From a virus (Duplodnaviria > Caudoviricetes), in the IMG/VR virus record IMGVR_UViG_3300023213_000432, positions 1 through 64,000 of that record: DNA of 64,000 nucleotides. The stretch is one strand, 5' to 3'. A model generated the notes under the pieces. That model worked only from the letters and a program-made list of their open reading frames with translations. It searched no databases and had not been told where the DNA came from. Shown here in pieces: positions 46,837 through 56,179 of this stretch. Positions within the stretch are counted from its first letter, which is position 1; every line of letters starts with the position of its first letter. The position numbers were made by a program, and so were the translations under genes.

Positions 46837-47402
46837 AGAAGTTAATAATGATGCTTATCATAATGATGACGATAAGCAATTCAGCATATGCTGAAACAAG
46901 AAACGATCAAATAGTTGTCACTGATCGGAAACCGCATAGACGTTATGTTGGTTTGGATATTGCCGCTGGCGTTCCATCAGGCGTCATGCTTTCCGTTGCT
47001 TTCAAACCTTATTTCCAATGGATTCATCTTGGAGTTGGAGGAGGATACAATGGATTAAACGGTGGAATGCGAGGATTTCTTACTCTTGACCCGCTTCATT
47101 TCTTTCCGCTTGGCGTTTTGGGACAGGCAGAAATTGGACATTATTGGGGAGGAAGAATTCCTAGGTTGGATAAACCATTGGAAGTTTCATATGATTTCGC
47201 TTCTTTGATGGGTGGTATTCGAGGAGGCAACCCTAACATTTGGTCGATTTATGGACTGGTAGGCGTCTCCTGGATCGGGGCTCAAACCAATCATTTCGAT
47301 ACAACCATTAGTATAAAAGATCCAAGTATTAGTGTTAGTAATCCACGTATGGATGCAGTGGCGGCACCTGCGTGTCAATTAGGATTTAGACTATTTTTCT
47401 GA
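46833..47402 (+). CDS. exported protein, probable small outer-membrane beta-barrel
   Basis: signal peptide SAYA, alternating amphipathic strands, C-terminal LGFRLFF. Confidence 0.65.
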   Translation: MKKLIMMLIIMMTISNSAYAETRNDQIVVTDRKPHRRYVGLDIAAGVPSGVMLSVAFKPYFQWIHLGVGGGYNGLNGGMRGFLTLDPLHFFPLGVLGQAEIGHYWGGRIPRLDKPLEVSYDFASLMGGIRGGNPNIWSIYGLVGVSWIGAQTNHFDTTISIKDPSISVSNPRMDAVAAPACQLGFRLFF

Positions 47403-47416
47403 TAGGAAATTGAAAA

Positions 47417-47947
47417 ATGAAAAAGTTTCTAATAATATTAGTTTTTCTGGTAGGATGCATTCAAGGCAATATTCAAGAGGATATTACCAAAACGATGACA
47501 TTAGATCTTCCGGCTTCGTCTGTTTCTGGCGGAATGGCACCTTCGATTTCTGTGGATCGAATTAATGATGTCGATTTTCTGGAAGATTTCAAGCAGTTTA
47601 AAGATCTCGGAACATTCGATTTCTCCATTACCAATAATCAGTTAAAAATGGAATCTGGAGATTTTCATTTCATTGATCATGTTAAAGTTTCTTTGGATGC
47701 CACTTTTGGATCGGTTGTTCTAACGGATCATGATTTGACAGACGTAGAACGTGGATCATCGCTCATTTCGCTTCCAATTTCCCTAAAGCCGTATTGGTAT
47801 TTGGTGTTACTGGATGGATCAATTAAAGTCCACTATGTATTCACTATGAGTGGCAACGTTCCTGCTAATCCATCGATTATTCAAGCTAAAGTTACCTTGC
47901 ATGTTGTTGCTAATATAAATAAAAGCATTAATGATGTGGGTAAGTAA
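47417..47947 (+). CDS. putative lipoprotein
   Basis: MKKFLIILVFLVGC lipobox. Confidence 0.75.
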   Translation: MKKFLIILVFLVGCIQGNIQEDITKTMTLDLPASSVSGGMAPSISVDRINDVDFLEDFKQFKDLGTFDFSITNNQLKMESGDFHFIDHVKVSLDATFGSVVLTDHDLTDVERGSSLISLPISLKPYWYLVLLDGSIKVHYVFTMSGNVPANPSIIQAKVTLHVVANINKSINDVGK

Positions 47948-47949
47948 AG

Positions 47950-48135
47950 TTGAAAATTCAGGTTGGAATAGGGCGTAAAGGTTCGTTTAAGAACGTCTGG
48001 GAACATAGTAACCCTTCTATCGCACAAGCATTCTTTCTTGGATTGAGATTAAAAGAAAATCAAAAAGCGAGAATCGTTAATGAAAAAGGTGAAGTCGTCT
48101 CCAAAAAGACCAATGTCAAAAAAGAAACTAGTTAG
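47950..48135 (+). CDS. hypothetical protein
   Basis: ORF track. Confidence 0.5.
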   Translation: MKIQVGIGRKGSFKNVWEHSNPSIAQAFFLGLRLKENQKARIVNEKGEVVSKKTNVKKETS

Positions 48136-48324
48136 GGCGGGTTCTTATCTTAAAACCATTGAGGTGCTTAATGCTTCGATTGTTGGCATATTGCACCTCT
48201 ATTTGGATGCTAAGAATAATGGAGACAAAATTGCCATGTGGACGCTTGGAGATTTGTAAGAAGATTTAATTATGACCGCTAGGAGACTTAGCAATGTTCG
48301 TATGACCATTAAAGGAGATCGAAC

Positions 48325-48657
48325 TTGATTCTAGAATTGATTGAAGGTATTGTGGCGATGGGAGTAGGTGCGAGTGCTTATGGTTTGGGGCATTGGTTAT
48401 TAACTCAAAAAGGAACCCTAAATAATAATTCCATAAAACTTAATCTTAAGAAAGATAGCTACGGTGCGTATCCTTGGTTGTGGCACACGCAAAGTATGAA
48501 TCCTAGTGGATATTATTGTCCAGCTTGTGCAAGCGTTTCATCAAATAGAAAACAAATGCCAGCATGCCAATGTGATGAGTATCCTTCGATTCACTTTCAT
48601 TTTGTGTGTAATGATTGCGGGTATAAATGTTTCACGAGGACAGCAGAAGACAATTAA
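48325..48657 (+). CDS. membrane-anchored zinc-finger protein, paralog of 21862
   Basis: YPWLW..CPAC..CQCDEYPSIHFHFVCNDC..RTAEDN. Confidence 0.7.
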   Translation: MILELIEGIVAMGVGASAYGLGHWLLTQKGTLNNNSIKLNLKKDSYGAYPWLWHTQSMNPSGYYCPACASVSSNRKQMPACQCDEYPSIHFHFVCNDCGYKCFTRTAEDN

Positions 48658-48799
48658 TAAAGGAGCAGCGATACAGTGTCAGAGAAGTTTCGAAAGCGCA
48701 TTCCGAGAAAATTTCGTCCAGAGCGAGAGTTGCAAGAAAAGCATCATCGGATGGATTTTCGTCGAGAGATGGAAGAATTAGAAGAGGAAGAAGATTGGG

Positions 48800-49087
48800 A
48801 TGAGGCAGATGATTATAATGATGTCCCCAGTTGAATTAGATCGTCAAAGCTCAGTTAAAATCGACAGATGGATCGAAATTGACAGCGAAGAGTGGCGAAA
48901 TATGGATGATAATCCTGACTTCACCAAGAAGATTTTGAAGCTTGGTATGAAAGAGCCGGCTTTCATTTTCTCTGATTCGCGGGGTAGGTTATGGGGTAAA
49001 GGAAAAGATGGATCATTTTACCCGTTTCATTTTGAATATGGTAGTTTAAGAATTGGTTATCGAATTAGCAGGATGGCAGCGAACTGA
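48800..49087 (+). CDS. hypothetical protein
   Basis: ORF track. Confidence 0.55.
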   Translation: MRQMIIMMSPVELDRQSSVKIDRWIEIDSEEWRNMDDNPDFTKKILKLGMKEPAFIFSDSRGRLWGKGKDGSFYPFHFEYGSLRIGYRISRMAAN

Positions 49088-49100
49088 AAGGAAAATAATT

Positions 49101-49508
49101 ATGGATTTCAAGTGTTATTCAGATGGTAATATTGTCAAAAAGTTTGGAAAGTTAGATGACGCTTTTGAATTCGCAGAAGATGATGAAAGCGTAGATGCTA
49201 TTAGTTTTACGCTTCCTACTGATGAAGAAGTGATGCTCAGTCGAGAAGATCTCGATGAATGGGTATATGATCCGCTAGCATTAGATAAAAATGAAGCTCG
49301 AATATTGAATCATCAGTTGGCGGAGATTAATGCAGGAAGAGAAGAAGAAAGTGATCAAAGGGACGATCAAGCTGTTGATGATTTGATAGATCGTAAATTT
49401 CTATATTCAGAGATCAGATCCATTAATGGTGAAGAATGGGACTATTATACTATTAATGATTTAGGAAGACTGGCATTGAAGAAATTCCAGAAAGCAAAAT
49501 CAGGTTAA
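49101..49508 (+). CDS. acidic hypothetical protein
   Basis: AAAGGA RBS before MDFK. Confidence 0.65.
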   Translation: MDFKCYSDGNIVKKFGKLDDAFEFAEDDESVDAISFTLPTDEEVMLSREDLDEWVYDPLALDKNEARILNHQLAEINAGREEESDQRDDQAVDDLIDRKFLYSEIRSINGEEWDYYTINDLGRLALKKFQKAKSG

Positions 49509-49510
49509 AA

Positions 49511-49885
49511 ATGAAATCTGTTGCATTATGCGTGGCAATAACGATTATAATTGGATGTTCCGCAAAACCTAGTCCGGCACCCGTCTGTCCTTCGGCTGGC
49601 GAATTATTGTGTGGTAACTACTGTTGTCCCGACAGTGTGCATTATGCATGCGTGAGCGGACAGTGCCAATTGATTTCTTGTGATCAGGGATATCAATTAT
49701 GTGGAAAGGGATGTGTGGTTGCAACCGCGAATTGCTGTTCGCAAACTACTGGCACATATTGTCAAACGGGCGAAGTGTGTTGCGGAGATGGAACATGTGC
49801 CCCATGGGGCGCTTCTTGTTGTCACAATGGACGCTATTGTCCAGTAGGCCGAGTTTGTTGTAACAATGGACAAAACTGTTGTTAA
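49511..49885 (+). CDS. cysteine-rich putative lipoprotein
   Basis: IIGC lipobox, repeated C..CC units. Confidence 0.75.
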   Translation: MKSVALCVAITIIIGCSAKPSPAPVCPSAGELLCGNYCCPDSVHYACVSGQCQLISCDQGYQLCGKGCVVATANCCSQTTGTYCQTGEVCCGDGTCAPWGASCCHNGRYCPVGRVCCNNGQNCC

Positions 49886-50093
49886 TAAGATGTTTGGAGA
49901 TCAAAAAGTGAAAGAAGAGAAAGAGCCTAAGCCCGATATTGAAATACCTTCATTATTTTTCAACGATGTTCAAGTTAAACCTATAAAAAACGTAGAAGGT
50001 TGGAGTGGTATTTCTTTTACCATTAATGAACGAAGATACCGTTTAGACATGGAAGATGAGTTTGCTCAAGAACTAGCAAAGAGGTTGCTATGA
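49866..50093 (+). CDS. hypothetical protein
   Basis: ATGA overlap with next. Confidence 0.6.
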   Translation: MDKTVVNKMFGDQKVKEEKEPKPDIEIPSLFFNDVQVKPIKNVEGWSGISFTINERRYRLDMEDEFAQELAKRLL

Positions 50094-50593
50094 GTCGTCA
50101 TTGCGGTATTTGCAAACAAGAAGGACACAATGCACGCACTTGCACTCAACAAAACGAGAAGCCTGCTCCAGAAAAGGCTGAGCCCAAAAAGGAGACTTCT
50201 CCCCAAAACGAGCAATTGGAAAAAATCAAGCGAGCTGTGGCTATTCAAAACATCGGCTCCAAGAATTTAGATCAGAAAGTTAAAGAGGGTATGGTTCTTG
50301 ATAGCGTGGTGGATGATCCTAGTTTTTGGGATTGGGAACAACGAAAAATGATTTCTCGGGAATTACGAAAACTTCGAGATGAATTCAGAAAACACAAAGA
50401 ATCTAATGATAAATCCGTGTTGGCTTTGAAGGAAAAGTTTGACGAATTAGTTGTTCCAAACGAGATCGAAGTTTTGCCACATGTTCCCGGTAAGTTACTA
50501 GATGTTGAAATTGCCAATAATGAGTGCTTAGAAGGAATTATAGAGCATTCTGATTTTTCAAAAATAGTATTAGAGTCTGCTGAAATCAAATGA
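50090..50593 (+). CDS. protein with N-terminal CCHC zinc knuckle
   Basis: CGICKQEGHNARTC. Confidence 0.7.
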   Translation: MSRHCGICKQEGHNARTCTQQNEKPAPEKAEPKKETSPQNEQLEKIKRAVAIQNIGSKNLDQKVKEGMVLDSVVDDPSFWDWEQRKMISRELRKLRDEFRKHKESNDKSVLALKEKFDELVVPNEIEVLPHVPGKLLDVEIANNECLEGIIEHSDFSKIVLESAEIK

Positions 50594-50836
50594 AACCAAA
50601 AAAGAAACCCATCAAAAAGAAGAAAGCAACCACTAAGTTATCCAAAAAGCGAATGTGGGAGAAACCTAGAGCACCGAGTGAGATGTCATTTCAGGAAATT
50701 GAAGAGTTTTGGAGGGGTAATTTTTATGAATAAAATTACTGTTAGCATGCTTATTTGGAGCGCTTGTATTCTAATTCTAATTGAGATTATGGCTATCTTA
50801 GCTTTTGTTTGGTTTGTGCCCGAGTTTCGATGACGC

Positions 50837-50854
50837 TTCCCATCGCCTAACGGC
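50837..50854 (+). repeat. dispersed 18-bp motif
   Basis: exact intergenic copy. Confidence 0.95.
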
Positions 50855-50895
50855 AGCGATCTGCCAAACGAAAACACGTTTCTAAAGGAGATAAC

Positions 50896-51240
50896 ATGGA
50901 ATTGACTATTGATGTAGAAATTAAAGATGGGCACATCGATCATGATGCTACCATTGTTTCTTTTAAAAGACTGTTAGCTAAAACTTCACTTGAGTATGAT
51001 ACAGAGCAATTAGTTCTAAAAACCACTATCAATCAAGTGTTTGTTCAAAATGAAGGACAAAGATTGACCACGGATTATGTAATTAGTTGTGCATTACTCA
51101 GACTCAATGCAACCTCCGAAAATTATAGTCAGCTCTCCAAAAAATTAAAATCTTTCATCAAAAACAACACAGGAGAGAATAAACTCTTCACAGTAATTAG
51201 TGGTTCTAATGGCGGGATCATTAGAAACAAACAAGTTTAA
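50896..51240 (+). CDS. small putative winged-helix-like protein (family with 2387, 14531)
   Basis: AAAGGAG RBS; C-terminus LFTVISGSNGGI. Confidence 0.7.
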   Translation: MELTIDVEIKDGHIDHDATIVSFKRLLAKTSLEYDTEQLVLKTTINQVFVQNEGQRLTTDYVISCALLRLNATSENYSQLSKKLKSFIKNNTGENKLFTVISGSNGGIIRNKQV

Positions 51241-51555
51241 GATCCGTAGCTAGTTTAATAAACCGGCATTTGGGTCAAAATCGCCCCACAGAGAAAGCAA
51301 TTCACGCCAAACTCTTACGTGGGAATGAAAAGAAAAGCACAATGGTGTTCTCATCTTTTCCCACGGGGCGAAATATTTAGGCTCTGCCATCGCTAAGATA
51401 ACGGAGCATTTTAACATGAACATTGAATTGATTGAACTTTGGAAAGCAAAGGATACCATGGGCAAAATCAAATATTGGCAGGATAGTGCTAAGATCTTTC
51501 TTGGACTATTAATTATGTGGATTGCAGAGGGAAAGACTCTTAAAAGGAGATCATA

Positions 51556-51831
51556 ATGTTCAAGTGTCAAGTTCTTGGAATTCAATCTAAACTCGGTGAG
51601 AAATGTCATCGTTTGGTAATTTCTCGTGAATCTAAAGATTACTACGATTGGCGTCTTGATGAAGAAACCGATAAGTATGTTTGGACGAAGATTGGAACTG
51701 GTTGGCAAATCAAAAGAGAAATAAATGCTACTCAAGAAGGCGTCGAAGCATATAACTCTTGGACTCCTGAGCAACAAGAAACGTTTGCTAAATCTCTTGA
51801 CAAACCAATCAAGCAAGAGAAAACTTTTTAG
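51556..51831 (+). CDS. hypothetical protein
   Basis: AAAAGGAG RBS. Confidence 0.65.
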   Translation: MFKCQVLGIQSKLGEKCHRLVISRESKDYYDWRLDEETDKYVWTKIGTGWQIKREINATQEGVEAYNSWTPEQQETFAKSLDKPIKQEKTF

Positions 51832-51843
51832 AAAGTTTTATAA

Positions 51844-52509
51844 ATGAGCACTTTCAGCCTAGGCGACATTGTTCAATGGACTGATAGTCATGGAACCCAC
51901 ACTGGCACTGTAGTTGTGTTAGAATATAATAAACAGAAATGTCTTATTGGGTGGAAAAACAACTATTCTCCTTCGCACAACTTTTGGACAATTGATCATG
52001 GTTATTTTTTGAGTCAGTGCGCTAAGTTTTTAATTATTGTAGATTTTATCTCTTATATTACGGGGTATTGGGCTGATGATGGACAATTAACTTTGGTATC
52101 CAAAGCGAGACAATGGCAGCTTGGAAACAGAGTTAAAGTTGAGGGAATTGACACAGAGGGCATGGTCATTGGAATGGACGTTCGTCCTGTTTATGGCAAT
52201 GATCTTTTAGTTGGGTTTAGGACGAAGATTGAACATGGGGCGTCTTTTGTCATAGACCAAAAAACAATAAATCAACTAGATCATAATCTAAGTACTTATT
52301 GGACAGAGGGGATTGTATGTGCCTGTTGGTTTCAACTGCACCGTATTTCTTTAGTTAATGATGATAATACGATAGCACAAAAAAGTGCTGGATGTTTCTG
52401 TCGCAAGTGCCAGAATTTTTCGGGTTACGCGGAACCTAATCAAGCGGACGGTTTGTTTGTATGTTGGAGCTGTCGGACTACACCTTTTTATGGAAGTGCT
52501 GTATCGTGA
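51844..52509 (+). CDS. tandem SH3-like modules plus C-terminal zinc finger
   Basis: FSLGDIV.., WQLGNRV.., CRKC..CWSC. Confidence 0.7.
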   Translation: MSTFSLGDIVQWTDSHGTHTGTVVVLEYNKQKCLIGWKNNYSPSHNFWTIDHGYFLSQCAKFLIIVDFISYITGYWADDGQLTLVSKARQWQLGNRVKVEGIDTEGMVIGMDVRPVYGNDLLVGFRTKIEHGASFVIDQKTINQLDHNLSTYWTEGIVCACWFQLHRISLVNDDNTIAQKSAGCFCRKCQNFSGYAEPNQADGLFVCWSCRTTPFYGSAVS

Positions 52510-52730
52510 TAACAGAATGTCCATTCAAAGTTGGTCAAAAGATTGAGGGCAAAGATGCCGTACCTACTTTGCTCGGATTTGGCATCAAGGACATTTGGTA
52601 TGTTTGTATTGTGGAAAAAGTTGATGGAAATTTGATGCAAGTGGTTTGTCCTAATCTATATGGAGAAGTGAAGCCTTGGATCAATTATCATCCAGATTGG
52701 TTTCGAGAATTTAAAGAGAAAGAAGCATGA
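52506..52730 (+). CDS. hypothetical SH3-like protein
   Basis: GTGA-coupled; PFKVGQKI. Confidence 0.55.
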   Translation: MITECPFKVGQKIEGKDAVPTLLGFGIKDIWYVCIVEKVDGNLMQVVCPNLYGEVKPWINYHPDWFREFKEKEA

Positions 52731-53068
52731 AATATATTCTATTTGTTTTATTATTGTGTCTTGGTTGCGGAAGCCAGATTCGATTTCCTGACAGCGTTCA
52801 TGATGATAATAATGAAAAACGGTTTGATGCTTATATTTTGTTTATTGACGGCGCAGAATATGGCGATCAATGGTGGAGTTTTAATTCGGGAAATTCGACA
52901 GGCATTCTACGAACCACTAGTTGCGATCTATCAACAACAAAAAGCACCTCTAATAGAGTTATTCTTATTTACCGGCTTTATAGTTTGACGGGCTGGCTTC
53001 CAGATAGAATACTCTTCGAGAACGACAATACTGTTTGTAAGTGGAACACCATTTACTTTAAACAATAG
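52727..53068 (+). CDS. putative lipoprotein
   Basis: LLLCLGC lipobox. Confidence 0.65.
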   Translation: MKYILFVLLLCLGCGSQIRFPDSVHDDNNEKRFDAYILFIDGAEYGDQWWSFNSGNSTGILRTTSCDLSTTKSTSNRVILIYRLYSLTGWLPDRILFENDNTVCKWNTIYFKQ

Positions 53069-53126
53069 ATGTCACTGAATGAGTTTGGTATGGCTCTTAA
53101 AGAAACAATTAAACAACTGGCGATCG

Positions 53127-53768
53127 ATGAAGTATGTAAAGCATATATTTTCGTTAGCTAGCATTTCGGCGCTGATTATAAGTGCTTGTGGGCCTCACCA
53201 TCAGTCTTTCAAACGATGTGATCCTAAATTCTATTTTGTAGATCAAACTAACTACGATGTTAATCCTAAATTTTATACCCCTCGCAATATTGCGGTGGAT
53301 ACTTCAGGACTTGACATCAATTTAAACATGATTGATCGTTTAACTAATGAGACGGAGCAATGTCTCATGGATACCTTTGGTAATCCTCCAACTCTTTCTC
53401 CTAAAGTGGCGTCCAATGGGTGGTGTCAAAGTTTTACTTTTGATTTGCCAGTGCATCGGGAATGTTTGGTGGTTAAGGTAGCTTCGGATTGGTTTCTTTC
53501 TACGTATGACTATAATGGTAGCAAACAGCAGCAACTTCCTTATAGCAATGGTGGAAGCTGTACTGACAAAGGTTTGCCTCCAGGTAAATGCTACTATCGA
53601 GTAGGCATCCAGGATAATACTACTATTGCGGTACCACCTAGTTTCTACTTATATAAAGATGGATTGGTTAGAATTATTACTGGATGCAAAAATCCTTGGT
53701 ATTCTGATCCTTTAGCTAATTGTATGAATCCCACCACTCAACCGTTAGACAACGGAATGCAACCTTGA
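53127..53768 (+). CDS. putative lipoprotein
   Basis: IISAC lipobox; start re-called at MKYVK. Confidence 0.75.
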   Translation: MKYVKHIFSLASISALIISACGPHHQSFKRCDPKFYFVDQTNYDVNPKFYTPRNIAVDTSGLDINLNMIDRLTNETEQCLMDTFGNPPTLSPKVASNGWCQSFTFDLPVHRECLVVKVASDWFLSTYDYNGSKQQQLPYSNGGSCTDKGLPPGKCYYRVGIQDNTTIAVPPSFYLYKDGLVRIITGCKNPWYSDPLANCMNPTTQPLDNGMQP

Positions 53769-53827
53769 TGGAAGCATCGAGTCAATAATCCGCGATTAAA
53801 ATCGTGTGTCTCTTTGAACAGATTTTC

Positions 53828-54400
53828 ATGAAAGTGTTTTTATTTTTAATGTTGATGATGTCTTGTTCGCTTTCCACTCCTACTTGGATTATTCACACGC
53901 CCCCTCAAAAGACGATTAAATATATTCCTATCGTAGTGGATGAAGTTTTTTCTTCTAAAGAGCAACACGAAATCCAAATAGCAGTAGAAGAATGGAATGT
54001 TGCTCTTAATGGAAACATCAAATTAGAAGTAGTTAATTGGACTTTTGACATGGAACCTGATCTTCTTTCAAAAATGATGAAGATTGGAATTGTGATTTTG
54101 TCAGTGAGTCCTGATGGCAGTGTCATGCGTTCAGTTGATGATGGAAACTTAGGAGCCAAGGTTGATGAGATAGGCGGACATGTTATTTATCTATTAAAGG
54201 GACGCGCCACTTTGCCTAGAATCAAGCTTGTGACGGAGCATGAGTTGGGTCATGTGTTGGGCGCGGAACATCAAGAAGGAACTTTAATGGATCCGGTTTA
54301 TAAACGTGTTTCTTCTTGTATTGATCATGAGACCATCAAGCAAATTGCTAAGTATAATAATCTTAATCCAGACACAATGAATTGGTGCCAAAACACGTGA
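53828..54400 (+). CDS. matrixin (M10)-like metalloprotease, putative lipoprotein
   Basis: HELGHVLGAEH, Met-turn TLMDP; MMSC leader. Confidence 0.8.
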   Translation: MKVFLFLMLMMSCSLSTPTWIIHTPPQKTIKYIPIVVDEVFSSKEQHEIQIAVEEWNVALNGNIKLEVVNWTFDMEPDLLSKMMKIGIVILSVSPDGSVMRSVDDGNLGAKVDEIGGHVIYLLKGRATLPRIKLVTEHELGHVLGAEHQEGTLMDPVYKRVSSCIDHETIKQIAKYNNLNPDTMNWCQNT

Positions 54401-54768
54401 AATATCTATTATTACTATTTCTTTTAGGTTGTGCTTCTGCTGATAGAAACCTGATGCAAGTATCTTGCCCTCATCTCCAACCTCCTGCCAGCCCTCTTAC
54501 CACTTCCTCTATTTCTAGAGAATTTGGAAAAGACGGGCAGATTTTAGTTAAAATTTCTAATGTTTATCGAGTTGCAGTAGCTCATTGTGAAGCCCTTAAA
54601 GATTGTCATGTACAAATTGATTTGATGTGTGGGGAAGGCAATTGGACGATTCTACAAGAGAAGTATTTGATTAGCAAACTTCATGATAAGGGAAACGATA
54701 TATATCAATATGATATGTATGGTTTATATTTTATGATAGCGGGGTGTAAGTCAATAACCCACGACTAA
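54397..54768 (+). CDS. putative lipoprotein
   Basis: GTG start, FLLGC lipobox. Confidence 0.65.
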   Translation: MKYLLLLFLLGCASADRNLMQVSCPHLQPPASPLTTSSISREFGKDGQILVKISNVYRVAVAHCEALKDCHVQIDLMCGEGNWTILQEKYLISKLHDKGNDIYQYDMYGLYFMIAGCKSITHD

Positions 54769-54795
54769 AATCATGGGTCTCTTTGAACCATTTTC

Positions 54796-55554
54796 ATGAG
54801 ATTAAAACCTACTACCAGTCTTATCTACGACAACATCAGAGCGCTCAATCAGAACGGAGAACTGATTTGTTTGATTGGGAAAAATAAAGCTGAATGGTAT
54901 CTATCCAAAAATTTAGCTAAGGTGGTTTCCGAAGATCCTTATACTATTCAATTGACCTTTCAAGCTAACGGTGATGGGCGGAAAGGTGACGCCTATTATC
55001 TTCAAGAAGTTAAAAACATTTGTGTGGTTTGTGGAACTACCGAACAACTTACCAGGCATCATGTGGTTCCATATTGCTATCGAACTTATTTTCCGGTAGA
55101 GACGAAAAGTCATTCGAGCCACGATGTTCTACCGACATGCGTTTCTTGTCACGATAATTATGAAGACTTTGCTAATCAATTTCGTCGTCAATTATCCAAA
55201 GAGTTTGACATTCCTTATAATGGACTTTGCGAATTAGATCGTGATTTAGTGAAAGCTATCCATGCTGCTCGTACATTGGTAAGCTATCAAGAAAAAATTC
55301 CTCAGATTCGTCAAGATGTTTTATGGGATAGAGTGAGAAAATGGGTTGATAAAAAAGATGTTTCTCAACAAGAGTTAAAAAAATTAGCTGACACCCACCC
55401 TAGGCAAGCTATCCTTAATATAGCCTCCCATGGAGAATTAATGATAAAAAAAATCAATGACATTCAAGGTTTTATTAAACGATGGCGAGAACATTTTCTC
55501 AAGTTTGCTAAGCCTAAATTTTTGCCAGAGCATTGGTCGGTAGAAAGAGAATAA
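54796..55554 (+). CDS. HNH protein resembling the C-terminal domain of EXD2
   Basis: IYDN..KAEWYLSK..YYL..NICVVCG..TRHHVVPYCYR.YFP..KSH.SHDV..CVSCH. Confidence 0.75.
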   Translation: MRLKPTTSLIYDNIRALNQNGELICLIGKNKAEWYLSKNLAKVVSEDPYTIQLTFQANGDGRKGDAYYLQEVKNICVVCGTTEQLTRHHVVPYCYRTYFPVETKSHSSHDVLPTCVSCHDNYEDFANQFRRQLSKEFDIPYNGLCELDRDLVKAIHAARTLVSYQEKIPQIRQDVLWDRVRKWVDKKDVSQQELKKLADTHPRQAILNIASHGELMIKKINDIQGFIKRWREHFLKFAKPKFLPEHWSVERE

Positions 55555-55820
55555 TGTTTAACTTGGAAACGGCATTAATAGAATGGTTGGAAAGCCAAGG
55601 TTTAGTGCTTGGTGGTTGGTCTAGAGAAAAATGGAACAGTATTCGAGTAGTATTTGCTAAAAAGAATAGCAATGCTTTTTTCTGTGTGAATCCGAAAGTT
55701 TCATTCAATCGGAAGGATTTTGTTAATGCCGATGCTTTGGATTATACGCTGTTTAATGAGGCAGTTTGGCTGATTGAACATCACCCTTTCTATTATTTTT
55801 TTAACGCCAGAGAAATCTAA
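55554..55820 (+). CDS. hypothetical protein
   Basis: TAATG overlap. Confidence 0.6.
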   Translation: MFNLETALIEWLESQGLVLGGWSREKWNSIRVVFAKKNSNAFFCVNPKVSFNRKDFVNADALDYTLFNEAVWLIEHHPFYYFFNAREI

Positions 55821-55840
55821 ATACAAGCAATATTGGGATT

Positions 55841-56179
55841 GTGTTAAAGATGTTTCGATCTTGTGAATGGAAATATCTGGATTATGACTCAAAAACAGAT
55901 CAGGATCGATACGAAATCACCATTGTGGATGATGATTTTATTGAAACCGTCGCCACTATTTCCGCCGCCTCTGTTTCCGCCGCCTACGCCATCGCCCTGA
56001 TCGATATTTACTCTCGGAGAAATCTCAATGTGGCTGGTAATCTAGTTTTGTATATGCAATATGCAGAACATAGATGGTCAGAATTAGTTATTAACCTACA
56101 AATTGAAGAGTATTCAAAATACGTTCCTGAATATTCAAAATATCATGATCAAGTAATGGGTTATTTAGTATTTATGTGA
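55841..56179 (+). CDS. hypothetical protein
   Basis: ORF track; start uncertain. Confidence 0.6.
   Translation: MLKMFRSCEWKYLDYDSKTDQDRYEITIVDDDFIETVATISAASVSAAYAIALIDIYSRRNLNVAGNLVLYMQYAEHRWSELVINLQIEEYSKYVPEYSKYHDQVMGYLVFM

Noticed and set aside
708-50854. 18-bp motif as integron attC sites (GCCTAAC fits RYYYAAC)
   Set aside because: No downstream GTTRRRY arm or attC-like imperfect palindrome and no integrase in the window
708-50854. Reverse complement GGCGATGG as fluoride riboswitch; recurrent PLGDG peptides in minus-strand ORFs
   Set aside because: The rest of the riboswitch is missing and orientation is antisense; the peptides are just the motif read backwards
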